A DNA stretch of 64,000 bases from contig CAUZCL010000005.1 in the NCBI GenBank assembly GCA_963578475.1, forward strand, positions 60,530 through 124,529. The letters are read 5' to 3'. The DNA is from Acidobacteria bacterium bin61. Its GTDB lineage: Bacteria > Acidobacteriota > Vicinamibacteria > Marinacidobacterales > SMYC01. Below are positions 57,863 through 64,000 of this stretch, piece by piece. How positions within the stretch are numbered: position 1 is the first letter of the stretch; every line of letters begins with the position of its first letter. The translations under genes and the position numbers were made by a program. Under the pieces are notes generated by a model. It ran no database searches, had not been told where the DNA came from, and saw only the letters and a list, made by a program, of their open reading frames with translations.

Positions 57863-60247
57863 CTACTTCCCTTTGGCCCCTTGCTCCGCGAGAAAAAGCC
57901 AGGTCTCGACGACGGTATCGGGATTCAGTGACACGCTGTCGATACCTTCGTCTAGGAGCCACTTCGCGAAATCTGGATAGTCCGAAGGTCCCTGCCCGCA
58001 TATCCCAATGTACTTCTCGGCTTTATGGCAAGCCCGAATCGCGTCATGGACCATCTTTTTGACGGCGTCGTTCTGCTCGTCGAAGGTCGCGGCGACGAGC
58101 GCGGAGTCGCGGTCGACGGCCAAGGTGAACTGGGTGAGATCGTTCGAGCCGATCGAGAAGCCGTCGAAATATTCGAGAAACTCGTCGGCGAGGATGACGT
58201 TGGACGGGATCTCGCACATCATGATCAGCCTAAGGTCGTTCTTTCCGCGCTCGAGGCCGTTTGCGCGCAGCGCCTCGATGACGGCTCGAGCCTCGTCGAG
58301 GGTGCGCACGAAGGGGATCATGACTTCGACGTTGTCGAGCCCCATCTCTTCCCGCACGCGCTTCACGGCTTGGCACTCGAGCGCGAAGCAAGCAGAGAAC
58401 TCTTTCGAGAAGTAGCGAGACGCGCCGCGAAAGCCGAGCATCGGGTTCTCTTCGTTGGGCTCGTAGCGCGCGCCCCCGAGAAGGTGAGCATATTCGTTGG
58501 ATTTGAAGTCCGACAAGCGGACGATGACTTTCTTTGGATGAAAGGCCGCGCCGAGCATCGAGATCCCCTCGGTAAGCTTGTCCACGTAAAAGCTCACCGG
58601 GTCCAGGTATCCGCGTATGCGCTCGCACACTTTCTTCTGCAAGTCCGCGGGCAGCTTGTCGAGCTCGAGAAGTGCGCGTGGATGAACGCCGATCATATTG
58701 TTGATGACGAACTCGAGCCGCGCGAGTCCGACGCCGGCGTTCGGAAGCGAGGCGAAGTGAAAAGCTCTTTCCGGGTTGCCCACGTTCATCGTCACGTCGA
58801 GCGGGACCTCCGGCATCGCGTCGAGAGCCACGCGGTCGACGTCGAACTCGAGCGCGCCGTCATAGATGAATCCCGTATCGCCCTCGGCACAGCTCACCGT
58901 CACGGCTTGACCCGTATGCAACAGATTCGTAGCCTCAAGGCTGCCGACGATCGCCGGGACACCGAGCTCCCGCGCGATGATGGCCGCGTGGCAGGTACGC
59001 CCGCCACGATTGGTCACGATGGCGACGGCGCGTTTCATGACGGGCTCCCAGTCCGGATCGGTCATATCCGTCACGAGCACTTCGCCCGGCACTAGCGTGT
59101 CCATGTTGTCGACATCCGCGATCAGGCTCACTTTTCCCGAAGCAATCTTTTGCCCCACCGCACGGCCGTCGAGAAGGACCTTGCTCCGAGTTTTCAGCCG
59201 ATAGCGCTCGAGCACTTGGCCGTTGCGGCGGCTCTTCACCGTTTCCGGACGCGCCTGCACGATGTAGATTTGCCCATCGACGCCGTCCTTCGCCCACTCG
59301 ATATCCATGGGACGGCCGTAATGTTTCTCGATGAGGAGCGACTGGCGGCCTAACTCCTCGAGCTCGTCATCGGTAAGGATGAACCCCGCGCGCTCCTCTT
59401 CCGAGGTCTCGACGGAGCGGATTTTCTCCTCGACTTCGTCGCCGTCGGCATAGATCATCTTTGTTGCTTTCTCACCGAGCAAGCGTGAGAGAACGGCCGG
59501 CCGGCCCGCTTCGAGATTCGGCTTGTACACATAGAACTCGTCGGGGTTGACGGCTCCCTGAACGACGGCTTCACCGAGGCCGTAGCTTCCCGTGATAAAA
59601 ACCACATTGTCGAAACCGGATTCTGTGTCGAGCGTGAAGGCGACCCCGCTCGACGCGAGATCGCTCCGCACCATGCGCTGCACACCCGCCGAGATCCCGA
59701 CCTCGCGATGCGCGAATCCCTGATGCACCCGATAAGCGATCGCGCGGTCGTTGTACAGCGAGGCAAAGACTTTCTTGATCGCCACGAGAACGTTGTCGAG
59801 ACCTTCGACGTTCAGAAAGCTTTCCTGCTGGCCCGCGAAAGACGCCTCGGGCATGTCCTCCGCCGTGGCGGAAGAGCGCACGGCGAAGGCATTTCCCTCG
59901 TCGAGCGCTTCGAAGGCTTCGCGGATAGCGGACGTAACCGCATCGGGGAGGGGCAGTTCTTCGATCGCGCTCCGAATCTCCCGGCCCACACGCACGAGCG
60001 CGTGGACGTCCTCGACATCGAGCTTTTCGAGCGTATCGTGGATACGCCCGTCGAGCCCGGCTCCCTTCAAGAACAAATGGAAGGCGTCCGTCGTGGTTGC
60101 GAAGCCTCCGGGGACCCGGACGCCGAGCTCGGTGAGGTGGCGGATCATCTCGCCGAGAGACGCGTTCTTGCCTCCGACGAGGCCGACATCCGACATCCCG
60201 GTTTCTTTGAGTGGTTTGACGTAAGATAGTTTCGACATGCGCACCAT
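57863..60247 (-). CDS. ppsA: Phosphoenolpyruvate synthase (pyruvate, water dikinase)
   Basis: Full-length 794-aa match: N-terminal ATP-grasp ([11 protein letters not shown]), central phospho-His domain ([24 protein letters not shown]), C-terminal PEP-utilising TIM barrel (GSNDLTQ). Confidence 0.95.
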   Translation of the reverse strand: MVRMSKLSYVKPLKETGMSDVGLVGGKNASLGEMIRHLTELGVRVPGGFATTTDAFHLFLKGAGLDGRIHDTLEKLDVEDVHALVRVGREIRSAIEELPLPDAVTSAIREAFEALDEGNAFAVRSSATAEDMPEASFAGQQESFLNVEGLDNVLVAIKKVFASLYNDRAIAYRVHQGFAHREVGISAGVQRMVRSDLASSGVAFTLDTESGFDNVVFITGSYGLGEAVVQGAVNPDEFYVYKPNLEAGRPAVLSRLLGEKATKMIYADGDEVEEKIRSVETSEEERAGFILTDDELEELGRQSLLIEKHYGRPMDIEWAKDGVDGQIYIVQARPETVKSRRNGQVLERYRLKTRSKVLLDGRAVGQKIASGKVSLIADVDNMDTLVPGEVLVTDMTDPDWEPVMKRAVAIVTNRGGRTCHAAIIARELGVPAIVGSLEATNLLHTGQAVTVSCAEGDTGFIYDGALEFDVDRVALDAMPEVPLDVTMNVGNPERAFHFASLPNAGVGLARLEFVINNMIGVHPRALLELDKLPADLQKKVCERIRGYLDPVSFYVDKLTEGISMLGAAFHPKKVIVRLSDFKSNEYAHLLGGARYEPNEENPMLGFRGASRYFSKEFSACFALECQAVKRVREEMGLDNVEVMIPFVRTLDEARAVIEALRANGLERGKNDLRLIMMCEIPSNVILADEFLEYFDGFSIGSNDLTQFTLAVDRDSALVAATFDEQNDAVKKMVHDAIRACHKAEKYIGICGQGPSDYPDFAKWLLDEGIDSVSLNPDTVVETWLFLAEQGAKGK

Positions 60248-61058
60248 GTTCTACGTTTCCGACCGTACGGCCATTACCTCCGAGACCATCGGCCACAGCC
60301 TCCTCGCTCAGTTCGAGACTGCGCCCGACTACCGGGAAGTTACCATACCCTACGTCGATACTCCCGAAAAGGGGGCGGAGGTCGTGGCCCAGGTCAACGC
60401 GGCCGCCGAGGCCGATGGCGAAATGCCCTTCGTCTTCAGCACGCTCGCGGACCCCGTGACCCGCAACCAAATCCACGCATCCCAAGGCCTGATCCTCGAT
60501 CTTTTCGAAGGCTTCTTGGGCCAGCTCGAGCAAGCGCTCGGCGCGAAGGCTGTCGTCAAACGAACGCGCTCGCACCGCATCAGCAATTTGTCTTCCTACG
60601 AGGCGCGCATCGCGGCGATCGATTACAGCTTGCAGCACGACGACGGCGCACGCATCAAGGATTACGACAAAGCGGACATCATTATGTTGGGGGTGTCCCG
60701 CGTCGGAAAGACGCCGTCGTGCCTCTACCTCGCGATGCATTTCGGCATCCGCGCCGCCAACTACCCGATTACCGAGGAGGACCTTTCTACGTCACAGCTT
60801 CCGGTGCCCGTCGCGCCGTTTCGCGACCGGTTGCACGGTTTAACGATCGATCCGAAGCGCCTCGCCAGCATCCGCGAGGAGCGGCGCCGCGGGAGCCGCT
60901 ATGCGTCCATCGAGCAGTGCCGCTCCGAGGTGCGACAGGTGGAGGCGCTCTTCAAGTCCTTCAATATCCCGTTCATCAACACAACCAGTACATCGGTCGA
61001 GGAGATCTCCACGCGCGTCGTGCAGACGCGGGGCCTCGAGCGTCACACCACCGTCTAA
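60237..61058 (+). CDS. ppsR: PEP synthase regulatory protein (bifunctional kinase/pyrophosphorylase, DUF299)
   Basis: [23 protein letters not shown]-terminus and P-loop [17 protein letters not shown]. Divergent from ppsA with overlapping 5' ends (canonical ppsR–ppsA arrangement). Confidence 0.85.
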   Translation: MRTMFYVSDRTAITSETIGHSLLAQFETAPDYREVTIPYVDTPEKGAEVVAQVNAAAEADGEMPFVFSTLADPVTRNQIHASQGLILDLFEGFLGQLEQALGAKAVVKRTRSHRISNLSSYEARIAAIDYSLQHDDGARIKDYDKADIIMLGVSRVGKTPSCLYLAMHFGIRAANYPITEEDLSTSQLPVPVAPFRDRLHGLTIDPKRLASIREERRRGSRYASIEQCRSEVRQVEALFKSFNIPFINTTSTSVEEISTRVVQTRGLERHTTV

Positions 61059-61239
61059 GGGCCCGAGCACGATCCCCAACACCTAGTGGTCGTGAGCTCG
61101 TAGAACTCCCGCACTATGGAAACATAACCAACGCGCTTGCCGATCAACTCCGTCTGGACGGAGCTCTTGCGAGTCGGATGTGGCGATGCCTTGAACCGCC
61201 GTGCCCAAACCCATAGAATCGCCCGAGAGTAGATAGGAA

Positions 61240-62969
61240 TATGCCTCTCGAGCCCGGCGCCAAGCTTGGCGCTTACGAAGTTCTCTCGCTCATCGGAGTC
61301 GGGGGCATGGGAGAAGTCTACCGCGCGCGCGACACCAAGCTCCGGCGGGACGTAGCGATCAAAGTCTTGCCCGAAGACTTATGAAAGCGCCCATAGCCAT
61401 TTCTCCGGATGGAAGTCTTTTGGCCTACGCCGCCGAGGACGCCGAGGGGTCCGGCGTCTTTCTTCGGTCGCTCGATAGCTTCGAGACGAGAAAACTTTCG
61501 GGAACCGAAGGTGCGGACGCGCCTTTCTTTTCCCCGGATGGCGAGTGGGTCGGGTTCTTCGCCGCAGGAAAGCTCCAGGAAGTGTCCGTGGAGCGCGGCG
61601 CGCCCCTCTCCATCGCGCAAGCTCCGACCGGCATAGGCGCGAGCTGGGCGGCCGATGACACGATCGTTTTCGCTCCAGCCTTCGGTGCCGGTCTTTTTCG
61701 GGTCTCGGCCGACGGAGGCGTGGCCGAGCAACTCACACAGCCCGATTTCGCCGAAGCTGGCTACGCCCACACTTGGCCGGACCATCTACCCGGCGAACAG
61801 AAGCTATTGTTCAACGTGGGCGGAAAGGGCGCTGCAGTCCTGAATCTGGAGACGAGAGATTGGCACATCGTTCAGCAGGATAGCCACGGAGCACGATAGC
61901 TTTCCACGGGCCACATCATCTATTCGAGCTCAACGATAGGAGGAGGCCTCCTCGCAGCACCGTTCGATGGCAAGAGTCCAGCGGTTACCGGTCCGACGGT
62001 TTCCGTGATCGACGCTGTTCGCTACCTCTCCGAATGGGCGTGGCCCTACGCAGCGGTATCGCAAACGGGAACGTTGGTCTATGTGAGCGAACCTGCCGAG
62101 CCAGCAACGCTCGCTTGAATGGATCGTGAAGGAACGATGACACCCATCGGAAGCGACGTCCGTCTGACGGCGCCTTTCACCGGACGGCGAGAAGGTCCTG
62201 TTTACCGACGACGGCGGGTCTATCTGGGTTCGCGACATTCGTCGGGGAACGATCGACGTTCTCGTCAGCGCCGCCACGCTCGGGGGTAGTGGTGCATGGG
62301 GAGCTGTCTGGAACCCGGATGGCCGCCGGATCACCTTCTCGTCCAATTGCGCCGGACGCTGGGACCTCTACGAGATTTCGGCATCGGGCCGCGGCGATCC
62401 GGAAGCCCTCCCCGTCGGCAAGCACGACCGATACTCTAAATCTTGGTCGTCGGACGGGCGGTTCCTCGCCTACGTAGAAGCTCATCCCATCACAGGTTTT
62501 GATCTCCGGGTGCTGCCAGTTGGCGAAGAGCCTGTCCCGGTTCTGGCCACGGAATTCAATGAGGACGCTCCAGCGTTTTCTCCAAACGGTCGCTACATCG
62601 CTTACGTCTCCAATCAATCGGGCCGGTACCAGGTCTACGTGGTGTCTTATCCGGAAGGAGAGGTTTTTCGCATCTCCACCGATGGTGGAGATGAGCCCGT
62701 CTGATCCCGCGACGGACGGGAGCTCTTCTTTCGTCACGGAATCAGGTTTCTTTCTGTCGCGATTACAGACGACCCCGAGTTTCAGACATCAACTTCCACC
62801 AAGCTCCACGAGCAGCCCTTCGACCGAAGCGGTTACGGGTTTGGTAGTTACTATGATGTCTCGCTCGATGGCGAGCGCTTTGCGGTGGTGGCCGACCGAT
62901 CGACGACGGAGTTCAAGGTCGTCTTCAACTGGTTCCAAGAGCTGGAGCGCCTCGCACCTACGAAATAGG
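61240..62969 (+). pseudogene. Ser/Thr protein kinase–PD40/TolB-like beta-propeller fusion gene, multiply disrupted (catalytic domain deleted after VAIK; several frameshifts)
   Basis: 61240-61382: [47 protein letters not shown] then TGA overlapping the next ATG. 61381..61899 has PD40 blades (ISPDGSLLAY, FSPDGEWVGF). 62510..62704 has FSPNGRYIAYVSNQSG. 62702-62969 (another frame) has DGRELFF...YDVSLDGERFAVV...FKVVFNWFQELERL*. Confidence 0.6.
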
Positions 62970-63042
62970 GTGGCGCAACCGGCGAATCGGACCTCTCGCG
63001 CCATATTTGGCAATCGTAATTATGGTATAATTATGGTAACAG

Positions 63043-63324
63043 ATGCTTCACTTTGAATGGGATGAACGCAAGAGTGCTGCGAACAAGAAGAAACACGGCG
63101 TTTCCTTCGAAGAAGCGCAATCCGTGTTCTTCGACGAAGGCGCCATCGAGTACGACGATCCGGAGCACTCTGATGACGAAGACCGTTTCATCCTGGTCGG
63201 AAAAAGCTATCTGTTGCGTGTCCTCGTCGTCTGCCATTGCTTCAGGCTGTCCGCATCGGTGATTCGAATCATATTTACACGGAAGGCGACCCGTCGCGAG
63301 CGCCCTGCACGCAGAGAAAGGTGA
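63043..63324 (+). CDS. brnT: BrnT family toxin (DUF497 RNase toxin)
   Basis: MLHFEWDERKSAANKKKHGVSFEEAQSVFFDE...IRIIFTRKATRRE matches the BrnT pattern. Confidence 0.7.
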   Translation: MLHFEWDERKSAANKKKHGVSFEEAQSVFFDEGAIEYDDPEHSDDEDRFILVGKSYLLRVLVVCHCFRLSASVIRIIFTRKATRRERPARRER

Positions 63325-63327
63325 AAG

Positions 63328-63546
63328 ATGAAGAAGGAATACGATTTCTCGAAGCTCAAAGGGCGGAAGAACCCGTACGCGAAACGGCTAAAAAAGCAGA
63401 TTACGATACGTGTCGGTGTCGACGTGCTCGAGTACTTCAAAGAGCTCGCAGACGAAACCGGGATCCCTTATCAGAATCTGATCAATCTCTATCTTCGAGA
63501 TTGCGTCATCTCCAAAAAGCGTCCGTCTTTGAAATGGGCGTCGTAG
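63328..63546 (+). CDS. brnA: BrnA family antitoxin
   Basis: KKQITIRVGVDVLEYFKELADETGIPYQNLINLYLRD matches the BrnA pattern. Starts 4 nt after the brnT stop. Confidence 0.7.
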   Translation: MKKEYDFSKLKGRKNPYAKRLKKQITIRVGVDVLEYFKELADETGIPYQNLINLYLRDCVISKKRPSLKWAS

Positions 63547-63592
63547 ACTTTCTCATTGGTGAGCTGGCGCGTCGGAAGTTCGTCGAGACCAA

Positions 63593-64000
63593 CTATTCGG
63601 AGCCGCCCACGGCTTTCAAAACGCGGGCGATGACGCCGTCCACGTCAGCGCCTTCGACCCAGCGCGAGACGACCACGAGGTCGTGTTCCGGGTCGACCCA
63701 AATCGTGCTCGTCGAGCCGGCGCCCAGCGCGAAGAAGCTCGACTCGGGCGCGCTCGGGAAACGCTCGCGGCCCGTGTTGAGCACCACATGAAGCCGTAAT
63801 TCGGCTGTATGGCGACGGGCGTCGTCGCGCGCGCGACCCAATCGTCCAGCAAGATCTGTCGACCCTTCCACCGTCCGTTGCGCAAGAAGAGATAGCCGAA
63901 GCGCTCATGATCGCGCGTGCTGATGAACAGGCCGCCGCCCCAATGCCCGCCGCCACTCACCGATTGCACCCGCCGTCCCTCTAGATCGACGAAGGACGTG
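63593..64000 (-). pseudogene. Beta-lactamase-family serine hydrolase, C-terminal part, frameshifted; continues beyond the window edge
   Basis: ORF 63616..63969 (GGGHWGGGLFISTRDHERFGYLFLRNGRWKGRQILLDDWV) and ORF 63593..63871 (FFALGAGSTSTIWVDPEHDLVVVSRWVEG) carry consecutive family signatures in different frames. Confidence 0.4.

Overview
The window is a high-GC (about 63-65%) bacterial chromosomal segment. ADOP/MacB-like FtsX permeases, a roughly 1100-aa CarboxypepD_reg TonB-dependent receptor, Ser/Thr-kinase–PD40 fusions, CRTAC1/ASPIC-UnbV FG-GAP proteins and many secreted peptidases together suggest Acidobacteriota. No rRNA, tRNA or CRISPR array was seen.

Housekeeping genes that look intact are rnhB, ilvD, a panE-like reductase, ppsA with divergent ppsR, and an sseA-like rhodanese. 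There is a translationally coupled secreted-peptidase operon: S9 peptidase, S45 penicillin-acylase-family Ntn hydrolase, oligopeptidase B and two M16 peptidases. A snapalysin-like (M7-type) protease, an M14 carboxypeptidase and a PpiC lipoprotein follow later. Multiheme cytochrome c genes recur next to CRTAC1/ASPIC genes, and a GWxTD/TPR operon sits between them. Two toxin-antitoxin pairs are present (Phd/YefM–VapC and BrnT/BrnA).

The most unusual feature is a single 681-codon minus-strand reading frame (48213..50255). It encodes a 3-TM anchor, an AhpC/TSA–TlpA-type redoxin domain and a sensor histidine kinase. The only interruption is an in-frame TGA exactly at the first Cys position of the redox CxxC motif (W-[TGA]-P-F-C). 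That is the classic signature of a selenocysteine UxxC selenoprotein, here fused to a histidine kinase.

The window also carries an unusually high load of disrupted genes. They are frameshifts in homopolymer or simple-repeat tracts, in-frame TAA and TAG stops, and internal-deletion remnants. This is either real gene decay or localized consensus errors, so the TGA could also be a nonsense mutation.
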